A DNA stretch of 64,000 nucleotides from assembly GCA_049968235.1 (NCBI GenBank), contig JBMFRC010000012.1, positions 32,001 to 96,000 on the forward strand, written 5' to 3'. The notes under the pieces are model-generated. The model was not told the DNA's origin, did not search any database, and saw only the letters and a list, made by a program, of their open reading frames with translations. This DNA comes from Candidatus Hydrogenedens sp. (GTDB taxonomy: Bacteria; Hydrogenedentota; Hydrogenedentia; Hydrogenedentales; Hydrogenedentaceae). The translations under genes were made by a program, and so were the position numbers. Shown here one piece after another: positions 9,272 through 18,873 of the stretch. The stretch's first letter is position 1; each line of letters opens with the position of its first letter.

Positions 9272-9342
9272 AAAAAAATATAAAGATATAAATAAAAACT
9301 TCAGAAATGAAGCATACACAAGTTATGGAAAGGAGAAAAAAA

Positions 9343-12300
9343 ATGAGTCCATTTCGAAGTCATGTATTAATCTGTGCAGGTGCAGGATGCGTGGCATCAG
9401 GTTCGATGGAAGTAAGTTCCGCCTTTTCGGAGGCACTTGCCAAACATGGGCTAAATGAAGAAATTCAAGTAGTCCATACAGGATGTTTAGGACCCTGTGC
9501 TATTGGTCCCGTGGTCGTGATTTATCCAGATGCTATTTTTTATCAAGGTGTTAAAACAACAGATGTTGAAGATATTGTTGTTGAGCATCTGTTAAAAGGT
9601 CGGCCTGTTAGTCGCTTGAATTTCAAATCTACTACCACATCACAAATTATTCCTGCACTGCAGGAGATTGGTTTTTTCAAGCAACAGACAAAGATAGTTT
9701 TAAGGAACTGTGGTATTATAGACCCTACAAAAATTGAGGAGTATATTGCGAGAGATGGGTATCAGGCTTTAGCAAAAGTACTGACAAAAATGACTCCACA
9801 GCAGGTAGTAGAAGAAGTGAAAAAATCTGGACTTCGGGGAAGAGGTGGTGCAGGATTCCCAACAGGTATAAAGTGGGAGTTAACTCAAAAAGCCCACGGA
9901 GATAAGAAATATGTTCTTTGTAATGCTGATGAAGGTGACCCGGGCGCATTTATGGACAGAAGTGTTTTGGAAGGTGACCCCCATAGTGTTATTGAAGCTA
10001 TGATTATAGCAGGATATGCCATTGGTTCTGACCAGGGATATATTTATGTTCGAGCAGAATATCCTTTAGCGGTAGAGAGATTAAATATAGCGATAAAGCA
10101 AGCCAGAGAATATGGTTTGTTAGGTAAGAATATTATGGGAACGAATTTTAATTTCGACCTTGAAATACGAATGGGTTCAGGTGCTTTTGTGTGTGGAGAA
10201 GAAACCGCATTGATGCGTTCTATCGAAGGGAAACGCGGAGAACCCAGACCCCGTCCACCGTTCCCTGCATATAAAGGTTTATGGGAAAAACCCAGTTTAT
10301 TAAATAATGTAGAAACCTATGCAAACATCCCTGTAATTATATTAAAAGGTGCTGATTGGTTTGCTTCCATAGGAACAGGTAAAAGTAAAGGAACAAAAGT
10401 GTTTGCCTTAGCAGGTGCTGTAAACAACACAGGATTGGTCGAAATTCCGATTGGTACACCATTAGGTGAAATTATTTATGATATTGGCGGTGGAATTCCG
10501 CGAGGCAAACAATTTAAGGCAGCGCAAATTGGAGGTCCTTCCGGCGGTTGTATTCCAAAACAACATCTGAATGTGCCGGTAGATTACGAGTCATTACAGG
10601 AATTAGGAGCGATTATGGGTTCCGGTGGATTAATTGTTATGGATGAAGACACATGTATGGTCGATATGGCTCGTTTCTTCCTTGACTTTGTTCAGGATGA
10701 GTCATGTGGAAAATGTGTCCCATGCCGGGTCGGAACGAAAAGAATGTTGGAAATTGTGACAAGGATTTGTGAGGGTCGGGGAGAAGAAGGCGATATTGAA
10801 AAACTTATTGAATTAGGACAACAGATTAAAGATGCATCGTTATGTGGATTAGGGCAGACAGCTCCAAACCCTGTTCTTTCTGCAATACGGCACTTCCGTG
10901 ATGAATTTGAAATTCATATTCGTGAACATAAATGTCCGGCGGGTGTCTGTCCATCTCTTGTTCGTGCTCCTTGTATGAGTGCTTGCCCGGCAAATGTTTA
11001 CATTCCGGGTTTTGTCTCATTAATATCTGAAAAACGATATGCGGAAGCACTTCGTGTGCATCGTGACCAGAACCCCTTTGCATCTGTATGTGCCCGTGTG
11101 TGTTTCCATACTTGTGAGGACAAATGTAGAAGAGCTACTCTGGATGAAGCGGTATCCATACGCGGATTGAAGCGATTTATGGTAGAGCAAGAAGTTACAA
11201 TACAACTACCTGAAATTCGTGAAAATGAACAAAATCTTCGCAAAAAGGTGGCTATTATAGGAGCAGGTCCTGCAGGTCTAACCTGTGCTTATTTCCTTGC
11301 ACGATTAGGCTATCAACCCCGTGTTTTTGAATCTGCACCCAGGCCCGGCGGTATGTTAGTTCAAACAATTCCCGCTTATCGGTTACCCCGAGAAGAATTG
11401 GCTCGAGAAATTCGTATGATAGAAAGAATGGGCGTTGTCATAGAAACTGAAAAAGCCTTAGGTCGTGATTTTACATTACAAAGCCTTCGTGATGATGGAT
11501 ATGAGGCTATTTTTCTCGGAATAGGTGCTCCATCAGGTCAAAAATTGAGAATTCCAGGCGAAGATGCGGATGGCGTTGTCGAAGCCATAGACTTCCTTCG
11601 TGAATACAATCTCCGTGGTTCTGTTCCTGTAGGGAAAAATGTTGTTATTATAGGAGGTGGTAATGCAGCTATTGATGCGGCAAGAACTGCCATTCGTTTA
11701 GGAGCAAAAAAAGCAACGATTCTTTACCGCAGAACAAGAGAAGAGATGCCTGCGTATAAAGAAGAGATCGAAGAAGCAGTTAATGAAGGTGTTATTTTAA
11801 AAATGTTAGTAACTCCACTGGAGATTTTGACAGAAAACGGAAAAGTTGTTGGTGTAAAATGTCAACACATGTGGTTAGGAGAATATGACCGTTCCGGTAG
11901 AAGAAGACCTGAAGCCAAAAAGGGTGAAGAACCCTTTGTTGAAGAAGCAGACCAGGTTATTGCAGCAATAGGGCAAACTGTTGATTTAAAACGTTACCTG
12001 GATGGATTAAATGTTAAGTTAACACCTTCTGGTTTCTTGTGGGTAGACCAATTATATGGTCAGACCTCTATTGAATGGTTATTTGCAGGTGGTGATATTA
12101 GTTCAGGTCCTTCTTCCGTAGCAGAAGCAATCGGTGCTGGTGAAAGAGCTGCAGTTGGAATTGATAAGTATCTTACTGGAGAAGAACATGCTTTCTGGCG
12201 CGAACCCTATATGGTAGATACAGAATTTGACCCAGATTCCGACCCGGTAGATTTCCCAAGAGCAAAAATGAAACTTTTACCTGTTGAAAAGAGGGTACAC

Positions 12301-12414
12301 AACTTTAATGAAGTTGAAATCCCGTTTACGGAAACATTAGCGGTAAGAGAGGCACGCCGTTGCTTACGTTGTGATTATCGTGAAACAAAAATAAGTTTAA
12401 ATACACAACAATAA
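9343..12414 (+). CDS. hndC: NuoF-like flavoprotein subunit (HndC) fused to a GltD/NfnB-like NAD(P)H:FAD oxidoreductase domain
   Basis: N-terminal Trx-like [2Fe-2S] (CAGAGC...CLGPC). NuoF core GRGGAGFPTGIKW (FMN) and ESCGKCVPCRVG ([4Fe-4S]). From about 10930: GltD-type Cys clusters (CPAGVCP...CMSACP, CARVCFHTCEDKC) and FAD/NAD(P) fingerprints VAIIGAGPAGL, VVIIGGGNAAID. The track ORF starts at 9307, but AGGAGA sits 8 nt before the ATG at 9343. Confidence 0.8.
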   Translation: MSPFRSHVLICAGAGCVASGSMEVSSAFSEALAKHGLNEEIQVVHTGCLGPCAIGPVVVIYPDAIFYQGVKTTDVEDIVVEHLLKGRPVSRLNFKSTTTSQIIPALQEIGFFKQQTKIVLRNCGIIDPTKIEEYIARDGYQALAKVLTKMTPQQVVEEVKKSGLRGRGGAGFPTGIKWELTQKAHGDKKYVLCNADEGDPGAFMDRSVLEGDPHSVIEAMIIAGYAIGSDQGYIYVRAEYPLAVERLNIAIKQAREYGLLGKNIMGTNFNFDLEIRMGSGAFVCGEETALMRSIEGKRGEPRPRPPFPAYKGLWEKPSLLNNVETYANIPVIILKGADWFASIGTGKSKGTKVFALAGAVNNTGLVEIPIGTPLGEIIYDIGGGIPRGKQFKAAQIGGPSGGCIPKQHLNVPVDYESLQELGAIMGSGGLIVMDEDTCMVDMARFFLDFVQDESCGKCVPCRVGTKRMLEIVTRICEGRGEEGDIEKLIELGQQIKDASLCGLGQTAPNPVLSAIRHFRDEFEIHIREHKCPAGVCPSLVRAPCMSACPANVYIPGFVSLISEKRYAEALRVHRDQNPFASVCARVCFHTCEDKCRRATLDEAVSIRGLKRFMVEQEVTIQLPEIRENEQNLRKKVAIIGAGPAGLTCAYFLARLGYQPRVFESAPRPGGMLVQTIPAYRLPREELAREIRMIERMGVVIETEKALGRDFTLQSLRDDGYEAIFLGIGAPSGQKLRIPGEDADGVVEAIDFLREYNLRGSVPVGKNVVIIGGGNAAIDAARTAIRLGAKKATILYRRTREEMPAYKEEIEEAVNEGVILKMLVTPLEILTENGKVVGVKCQHMWLGEYDRSGRRRPEAKKGEEPFVEEADQVIAAIGQTVDLKRYLDGLNVKLTPSGFLWVDQLYGQTSIEWLFAGGDISSGPSSVAEAIGAGERAAVGIDKYLTGEEHAFWREPYMVDTEFDPDSDPVDFPRAKMKLLPVEKRVHNFNEVEIPFTETLAVREARRCLRCDYRETKISLNTQQ

Positions 12415-12431
12415 TAAAAGGAGAATAAGCC

Positions 12432-14204
12432 ATGCCAAAATTAACTATAGATGGAATTCCCGTAGAAGTTCCGGAAGGAACAACAATACTTCAAGCGGCA
12501 AAGCAAATAGGATTAAAAATACCGACACTTTGTTATCTTGAAGAAGTTCAAGCCATCGGTGCCTGTCGTGTTTGCGTTGTTGAAGTTGAAGGAGCACGAA
12601 CTTTGGTCGCTTCTTGTGTTGCTCCTGTTGCGGAAGGAATGAAAGTCCATACAAATTCAAAAAGAGCCCGTGAGGCACGAAAAACAGTTGTAGAATTGTT
12701 ACTATCCGACCATGATGGCGATTGCCAGATTTGTGTTCGAAATGAAGATTGTGAACTTCAGGAATTGGCACGAACACTTGGGATAAAGGAAATTCGCTAT
12801 CAAGGTGAGAAGAGAAAACGGATTGTGGATGAAAGCACTCCCGCTGTTGTTCGTGATACATCGAAATGTGTCTTATGTAGAAGATGTATAACGGTTTGCA
12901 ATGAGGTTCAGGGTGTTGGCGGACTGTTCCCACAAAATCGTGGCTTTGAAACGGTAATAGGTCCCGCATTTTGTAGTGATTTGGATGATGTCGTATGTGT
13001 TCAGTGTGGTCAATGTAGTGCGGTTTGTCCTGTGGGTGCTATTGTAGAAAGAGACCAGATTGCGGATGTCTTTTCTGCATTAGATGACCCGACAAAAACA
13101 GTCGTTGTCCAGACAGCCCCTGCAATTCGTGCCGCATTGGGAGAATGTTTTGGTTTACCACCCGGAACTTTAGTAACAGGGAAGATGGTTACCGCACTTC
13201 GTAGACTGGGTTTCCATGCCGTTTTTGATACTAACTTTGCCGCTGACCTTTGTATTATGGAAGAAGGTACAGAACTGCTAACTCGATTGAAGAAAAAACT
13301 GGTAGATGGGGAGAATATTGCTCTTCCTATGTTTACCAGTTGTTCTCCGGGGTGGATTAAGTTTTTAGAACATTTCTACCCGGATATGATTCCAAATGTA
13401 TCTACATGCAAATCCCCACAGCAAATGTTTGGTGCTATAGCAAAGACCTATTATTCCAAGAAAATTGGTAAGAAACCCGAAGATATTGTTGTTGTTTCTA
13501 TTATGCCCTGTACAGCGAAGAAATATGAACATCAGCGTCCCGAGATGAACAGTTCCGGTGTTCGTGATGTGGACTATGTGCTTACAACGCGTGAATTGGG
13601 TCGGATGATAAAACAGGCAGGCATTGATTTTGTAAATCTACCCGATGACAAGCAAGACTCACCATTAGGACTATCCTCTGGTGCTGCGGATATTTTTGCG
13701 AATACCGGGGGTGTTATGGAAGCGGCAATTCGAACTGTTTATGAAATAGTAACAGGACGCGAATTACCATTCGATGGACTTCATGTTGCTCCTATCGAAG
13801 GATTAGAAGGAATCAAGGAAGCCTCCTTGAAGATAGAAAAATGTGTGCCTGAATGGTCTTTCTTAGAAGGGGCTACCGTAAATGTTGCTGTGGCTCATGG
13901 ATTGGGTAATGCCAGAGCATTAATAGAGCGAGTTCGCTCAGGTGAAAAGGCGTATCACTTTATAGAAATTATGACCTGTCCCGGTGGATGTATTGGTGGA
14001 GGAGGACAACCTCGCTTTACAGATAATTCAGTTCGTCTTGCTCGTATTCAGGCCATATACAAAGAGGATGAAGGGAAACAACTTCGTAAGTCCCATGTAA
14101 ATCCTGACATACAAAAATTGTATAAGGAATTTTTAGGACATCCGAATAGTGAAGTTTCACATCATCTATTACATACGCATTACAATCCGAGAACAAAAGT
14201 ATAA
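12432..14204 (+). CDS. hydA: [FeFe]-hydrogenase catalytic subunit, M3-type (HndD/HydA)
   Basis: N-terminal plant-type [2Fe-2S]; His-ligated [4Fe-4S] (HDGDCQICVRNEDC); two ferredoxin-like CxxCxxCxxxCP motifs; H-cluster motifs L2 MPCTAKKYE and L3 EIMTCPGGCIGGGGQP; L1 is present as FTSCSPGW, which is non-canonical. Confidence 0.9.
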   Translation: MPKLTIDGIPVEVPEGTTILQAAKQIGLKIPTLCYLEEVQAIGACRVCVVEVEGARTLVASCVAPVAEGMKVHTNSKRAREARKTVVELLLSDHDGDCQICVRNEDCELQELARTLGIKEIRYQGEKRKRIVDESTPAVVRDTSKCVLCRRCITVCNEVQGVGGLFPQNRGFETVIGPAFCSDLDDVVCVQCGQCSAVCPVGAIVERDQIADVFSALDDPTKTVVVQTAPAIRAALGECFGLPPGTLVTGKMVTALRRLGFHAVFDTNFAADLCIMEEGTELLTRLKKKLVDGENIALPMFTSCSPGWIKFLEHFYPDMIPNVSTCKSPQQMFGAIAKTYYSKKIGKKPEDIVVVSIMPCTAKKYEHQRPEMNSSGVRDVDYVLTTRELGRMIKQAGIDFVNLPDDKQDSPLGLSSGAADIFANTGGVMEAAIRTVYEIVTGRELPFDGLHVAPIEGLEGIKEASLKIEKCVPEWSFLEGATVNVAVAHGLGNARALIERVRSGEKAYHFIEIMTCPGGCIGGGGQPRFTDNSVRLARIQAIYKEDEGKQLRKSHVNPDIQKLYKEFLGHPNSEVSHHLLHTHYNPRTKV

Positions 14205-14223
14205 GATAAGATTTAATAATAAA

Positions 14224-14247
14224 GGGGAGTGTGAGTGAGCACTCCCC
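14224..14247 (+). terminator. weak hairpin after hydA (possible attenuating terminator)
   Basis: GGGGAGTG/CACTCCCC 8-bp stem with an 8-nt loop, but no downstream U-tract. Confidence 0.3.
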
Positions 14248-14329
14248 ATACAATCCTATGAAGTTGTATAATAGGAATATAGGTAGGAGTAAGTAGGTTT
14301 ATGAGTGTCTAATATTTAGGAAAGAAAAA

Positions 14330-14725
14330 ATGGAAAATAAAATTATAATGGTCGTTGATGATGATATTGATGTTCAGGATTTCTGTAAAATTGTATTAGG
14401 AAGAGAGGATTATCAGGTTATAACATTTTCCAACTCAGAGAGTGCACTCGAATATTTATCGTCGAACACTCCCTCTGTAATTATTACCGATTTAATGATG
14501 GGTGGAATTGATGAGGGTGTCCAATTTGTTAATAAGATTAGAGGATTCGATAATGAGAAGGCAAAAATTCCAATTATAATGATTACAGGCATAAATTCAA
14601 AATTAGGATATGACATCACTCCCCGTTCCGATGAAGAAAAAAAACAAATGAAAATCGATGAATTTATATCAAAACCTTTAAATCCAAAACAGTTAATAAC
14701 AGCACTAAAAAAAGTAATCAAATAG
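14330..14725 (+). CDS. single-domain response regulator (CheY-like receiver)
   Basis: VVDDD acidic pocket, phospho-acceptor Asp in ITDLMMGG, conserved Lys in ISKPL; 131 aa, no output domain. Confidence 0.75.
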   Translation: MENKIIMVVDDDIDVQDFCKIVLGREDYQVITFSNSESALEYLSSNTPSVIITDLMMGGIDEGVQFVNKIRGFDNEKAKIPIIMITGINSKLGYDITPRSDEEKKQMKIDEFISKPLNPKQLITALKKVIK

Positions 14726-14777
14726 AAATTTGTTTCGTATAGATACTGTTTAATTTATAAATATAAGGAAATGAGTT

Positions 14778-16175
14778 ATGAGTTCAAATGTAGAAACTGT
14801 TCCTATTAATGAGGAATTTATTTTTGATACTTTAAAAAATAGTGTCAAGAAAGATGCGGTTTACATCAAAGAAATTCTTGCAAAAGCCCTTGAATTAAAG
14901 GGATTAGATGCGACAGAAGTAGCCACGCTTGCAACAATAAGTGACCCTGACCTGTTAAAAGAACTTTTCGATACAGCCCGAAAAGTCAAAGAGGAGATTT
15001 ACGGTAAACGATTAGTTCTTTTTGCCCCACTTTATGTATCAAATCTTTGCAAGAATGAATGCTTATATTGTGCTTTCCGTAAAAGTAACAAGATGGTTCG
15101 TAGAAAAGCATTGACACAAGAAGAAGTCCGTAGAGAGGTTGAAACATTGGTTGACCAGGGGCATAAACGCATTCTATTAGTGGCAGGCGAGTCCTATCCT
15201 TCCGAAGGATTTGATTATGTTATTCATTGTATCGAAACAATATATAGTGTAAAGCGGGATAGGGGAGAGATACGACGCGTAAATGTGAATATAGCACCCT
15301 TATCGTTAGAGGAATTTAAAAGGCTGAAATCAGCAAAAATTGGGACATATCAGTTATTTCAAGAAACATACCACAGAGAAACATACCAAAAAGTCCATGT
15401 AGGTGGACTTAAAAAGGATTTTGACTGGAGAATTACCGCTATGGACCGTGCTATGAAAGCTGGCATTGATGATGTGGGTGTTGGCGTTCTTTTTGGCTTA
15501 TTTGATTGGAGATTTGAAATACTTGCTTTAATGCAACATATTAAACATTTAGAAGATACCTTCGGTGTAGGATGTCACACGATAAGTGTACCTCGCCTTG
15601 AACCTGCTATAGGTTCAGACCTGGCTTCACATCCCCCTTATCCGGTATCAGACCTTGATTTCAGAAAAATTGTAGCTATACTAAGACTTGCTGTGCCCTA
15701 TACAGGAATAATAATGTCCACTCGTGAAACTCCCAATATACGAAGAGAAACCTTTGCACTGGGTGTATCACAAATATCAGCAGGCAGTAGAACGAATCCA
15801 GGTGGGTATACAGGCAGTGAAGAAGAGGATATGAGCCAATTCTCATTAGGTGACCATCGCAGTCTGGATGAGGTTATTCGTGATGTTACAAAATTAGGTT
15901 ATATCCCATCCTTCTGCACGGCTTGTTATCGTTTAGGCAGAACAGGTGCTGACTTTATGGACCTTGCCAAGCCGGGTCTTATCAAGAACCATTGTGAAGT
16001 TAATGCTTTAAGCACTTTTGCTGAATATCTGGAAGATTATGCATCCTCCGAAACAAAACAAATAGGTTGGGCAAAGATTGAGGAAATTTTAAATACAATG
16101 CCTGAAGTTCGGAAAAAACGTACCGAAGGGATGTTGGCTCGTGTAAAAGCCGGTGAACGGGATGTATATGTGTAA
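14778..16175 (+). CDS. hydG: [FeFe]-hydrogenase H-cluster radical SAM maturase HydG
   Basis: CKNECLYCAF radical-SAM motif (ThiH-like) plus C-terminal CTACYR...NHC (Cx2Cx22C) auxiliary cluster motif; 465 aa. Confidence 0.9.
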   Translation: MSSNVETVPINEEFIFDTLKNSVKKDAVYIKEILAKALELKGLDATEVATLATISDPDLLKELFDTARKVKEEIYGKRLVLFAPLYVSNLCKNECLYCAFRKSNKMVRRKALTQEEVRREVETLVDQGHKRILLVAGESYPSEGFDYVIHCIETIYSVKRDRGEIRRVNVNIAPLSLEEFKRLKSAKIGTYQLFQETYHRETYQKVHVGGLKKDFDWRITAMDRAMKAGIDDVGVGVLFGLFDWRFEILALMQHIKHLEDTFGVGCHTISVPRLEPAIGSDLASHPPYPVSDLDFRKIVAILRLAVPYTGIIMSTRETPNIRRETFALGVSQISAGSRTNPGGYTGSEEEDMSQFSLGDHRSLDEVIRDVTKLGYIPSFCTACYRLGRTGADFMDLAKPGLIKNHCEVNALSTFAEYLEDYASSETKQIGWAKIEEILNTMPEVRKKRTEGMLARVKAGERDVYV

Positions 16176-16180
16176 ATCTT

Positions 16181-17602
16181 ATGTCAGACTACCGAATTGA
16201 AACCGACTTATTGGGTGAAAAAAAGATACCTGCGGATGTCTATTGGGGTATACATACTGCTCGTGCAGTAGAAAATTTTCCTGTTTCCCGACTCTCGGTT
16301 CATTCAGAATTAATCCAATCTTATGGAATTGTAAAACTTGCATGTGCAAAAATAAATTATTCGTTAGGATACTTATTACATCCTCCTGATAAATCATCTG
16401 CCATATTTAACGCTTGCGAAGAAGTAGCAATTGGTAAATGGAATGACCATATTATCGTGGATGCTCTACAGGGTGGAGCAGGAACCAGCACAAATATGAA
16501 TATTAATGAGGTTATTGCCAACCGTGCCCTAGAAATATTGGGCTTACCACGGGCAAAATATGACATTATTTCCCCATTAGATGATATAAATCTTCACCAA
16601 TCGACTAACGATACTTATCCTACCGCCCTGAAACTTGCTACGATAAGGATGTTAAGAAAATTAGAATCAGAAATTATTCTTCTTTTAGAGACATTTCAAA
16701 CACTTGAAAAACAATTTTCGGACATAGTAAAAATTGGAAGGACAGAACTTCAAGATGCAACGCCTATTACATTAGGTAGGGAGATGGGTGCTTATGCAGA
16801 TGCCCTAGTAAGAGACCGTTGGCGTATCTATAAGTGTGAAGAAAGATTGCGAGTAGTTAATTTAGGAGGCACCGCAATAGGAACAGGTTTAGGAGCACCA
16901 AGGGATTATATTTTCCGTGTTGTAGATAATCTGCGAGAGTTATCAAATATCGGTTTTTCGCGAGCAGAAAATTTAGTAGATGCAACTCAAAATCTCGATG
17001 TATTTGGGGAAGTATCAGGTATCATTCGTTCCTATGCCATAACGCTTAATAAAATAGCCAATGATTTGAGACTAATGTCATCCGGACCCGAAGCAGGTCT
17101 CCGTGAAATTCAACTTCCACAATTACAAGCGGGTTCATCTATTATGCCAGGGAAAGTGAACCCTGTTTTGCCTGAAGCGGTATGCCAGGTTGCAATGCTA
17201 ACATTTGGATTCGACCAGATTATCACATATGGCTGTTCTTCCGGAAACCTTGAACTAAATCCTTTTGTCCCTTTGATTGCTCATTGTTTGTTAAATATGA
17301 TTGAAATGTTAACAAATGTAACAAAATTATTTACGGAAAAATGTATTAAAGGAATTTCGCCGAACCGAGAGGTTTGTGTTTCCTATGTGAATAATTCTAC
17401 AGCAACTCTAACCGCACTTATACAGAAGATAGGATATGAAAAAGCATGTATGATTGCTAAAAAAACAAGTAATTTGAAAAAGAGTATTCGAGAAATTGTA
17501 TTGGAAGAAGGAGTTTTGACTCCTGAAGAATTTGATACTCTTTTAAGTCCTGAGTCCGTTTGTAAATTAGGATTTGTTGACACCAGTAATGAGATAGATT
17601 AG
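16181..17602 (+). CDS. aspartate ammonia-lyase / class-II fumarase family lyase
   Basis: Fumarate-lyase signature GSSIMPGKVNPV; N-terminus similar to AspA (DLLGEKKIPADVYWGIHTARA); 473 aa. Confidence 0.8.
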   Translation: MSDYRIETDLLGEKKIPADVYWGIHTARAVENFPVSRLSVHSELIQSYGIVKLACAKINYSLGYLLHPPDKSSAIFNACEEVAIGKWNDHIIVDALQGGAGTSTNMNINEVIANRALEILGLPRAKYDIISPLDDINLHQSTNDTYPTALKLATIRMLRKLESEIILLLETFQTLEKQFSDIVKIGRTELQDATPITLGREMGAYADALVRDRWRIYKCEERLRVVNLGGTAIGTGLGAPRDYIFRVVDNLRELSNIGFSRAENLVDATQNLDVFGEVSGIIRSYAITLNKIANDLRLMSSGPEAGLREIQLPQLQAGSSIMPGKVNPVLPEAVCQVAMLTFGFDQIITYGCSSGNLELNPFVPLIAHCLLNMIEMLTNVTKLFTEKCIKGISPNREVCVSYVNNSTATLTALIQKIGYEKACMIAKKTSNLKKSIREIVLEEGVLTPEEFDTLLSPESVCKLGFVDTSNEID

Positions 17603-17611
17603 GAAGGAAAT

Positions 17612-18865
17612 ATGCTTAGAGCATCACCAAAATCATTTCGACTGCATATTGGTTTTTTTGGTAGAAGGAATGTTGGAAAATCCAGTTTACTTAATGCAAT
17701 TACACGACAAAATGTCTCAATTGTTTCTGAATCCGCAGGAACCACAACAGACCCCGTGGAAAAACCTATGGAACTACTACCTTTAGGTCCTGTTCTATTC
17801 ATTGATACTGCGGGCATTGATGATATAGGTGCTTTAGGAGAATTACGGATACAAAAAACAAGACAAATTTTTGACCGAACCGATGTTGCGGTTGTTGTTA
17901 CAGAAGCCGGTATATGGGGAGAATTTGAGGAAGGCTTGTGTAATGAGTTTAAGTCAAGAAATGTTCCTATCGTAGTTGTGTTTAACAAAGTGGACCTGCA
18001 TGAACCTGATGAAACATTGTGTAATAGGTTGAAAAATGAGAAAATTCTATATGTAAAGACTATTGCATCAAAGCAGGATGGTATTAGTGAACTCAAAAAT
18101 GCACTTATTTCTTCAGCCCCCGATGATTTTATAAATAGTCCAACGATTTTAGGAGATTTGGTAGCTCCTGGTGAATTGGCTGTGCTTGTCGTGCCTATAG
18201 ATAAAGAAGCACCTAAAGGAAGACTTATTATGCCTCAGGTTCAATCCATCCGTGATTTGTTAGATAACGATGCTATGTGTGTTGTCGTAAAAGAAAGAGA
18301 ACTCCGGCGAATTTTAGAACAATTAAAAATTCTTCCAAAGATTGTTGTTACTGATTCCCAGGCATTCTTAAAAGTCGTCGCAGATACTCCTTCCAATGTA
18401 TGGGTTACAAGTTTTTCAATATTATTTTCAAGATTCCGCGGAGATTTAATTACACAGGTGGAAGGAACACTTGCTATCGAATCATTGAAACCCGGAGATA
18501 AAATACTTATTGCAGAATCATGCTCGCATCACCCTATTGCCGATGATATAGGAAGGGTTAAAATACCAAGATGGTTAATGCAATATATCGGTGGAAAATT
18601 AGAATTTGATACTGTTCAGGGAAATGATTTTTTTTCAGATTTAACAAAATATAAAATGGTTATACACTGTGGAGCATGCACACTCAATCGCCGTGCTATG
18701 TTAAATCGTATTATGCATTGCAAAAAACAAGGGATACCAATAAGTAATTACGGGTTAACTATAGCCTATTCTTTAGGTATCCTCGAAAGGGCATTAGAAC
18801 CATTCCCATCCGCATTGGAAATATATAAACAGAAAACAACAAAAAAGTTGCAAAACATTAAATAA
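17612..18865 (+). CDS. hydF: [FeFe]-hydrogenase maturation GTPase HydF
   Basis: G1 GRRNVGKSS; C-terminal CSHHP...HCGAC Fe-S binding motif characteristic of HydF; 417 aa. Confidence 0.85.
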   Translation: MLRASPKSFRLHIGFFGRRNVGKSSLLNAITRQNVSIVSESAGTTTDPVEKPMELLPLGPVLFIDTAGIDDIGALGELRIQKTRQIFDRTDVAVVVTEAGIWGEFEEGLCNEFKSRNVPIVVVFNKVDLHEPDETLCNRLKNEKILYVKTIASKQDGISELKNALISSAPDDFINSPTILGDLVAPGELAVLVVPIDKEAPKGRLIMPQVQSIRDLLDNDAMCVVVKERELRRILEQLKILPKIVVTDSQAFLKVVADTPSNVWVTSFSILFSRFRGDLITQVEGTLAIESLKPGDKILIAESCSHHPIADDIGRVKIPRWLMQYIGGKLEFDTVQGNDFFSDLTKYKMVIHCGACTLNRRAMLNRIMHCKKQGIPISNYGLTIAYSLGILERALEPFPSALEIYKQKTTKKLQNIK

Positions 18866-18873
18866 AATAAAAC

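Noticed and set aside
9263-9282. TTGTGAA half-site upstream of hndC (possible third Rex box)
   Set aside because: Only one half-site; the partner half (AATATAAA) does not resemble TTCACAA.
9258-9458. 66-aa ORF overlapping the hndC start
   Set aside because: Out of frame with the strongly supported hndC reading frame; no RBS; an artefact of the A-rich spacer.
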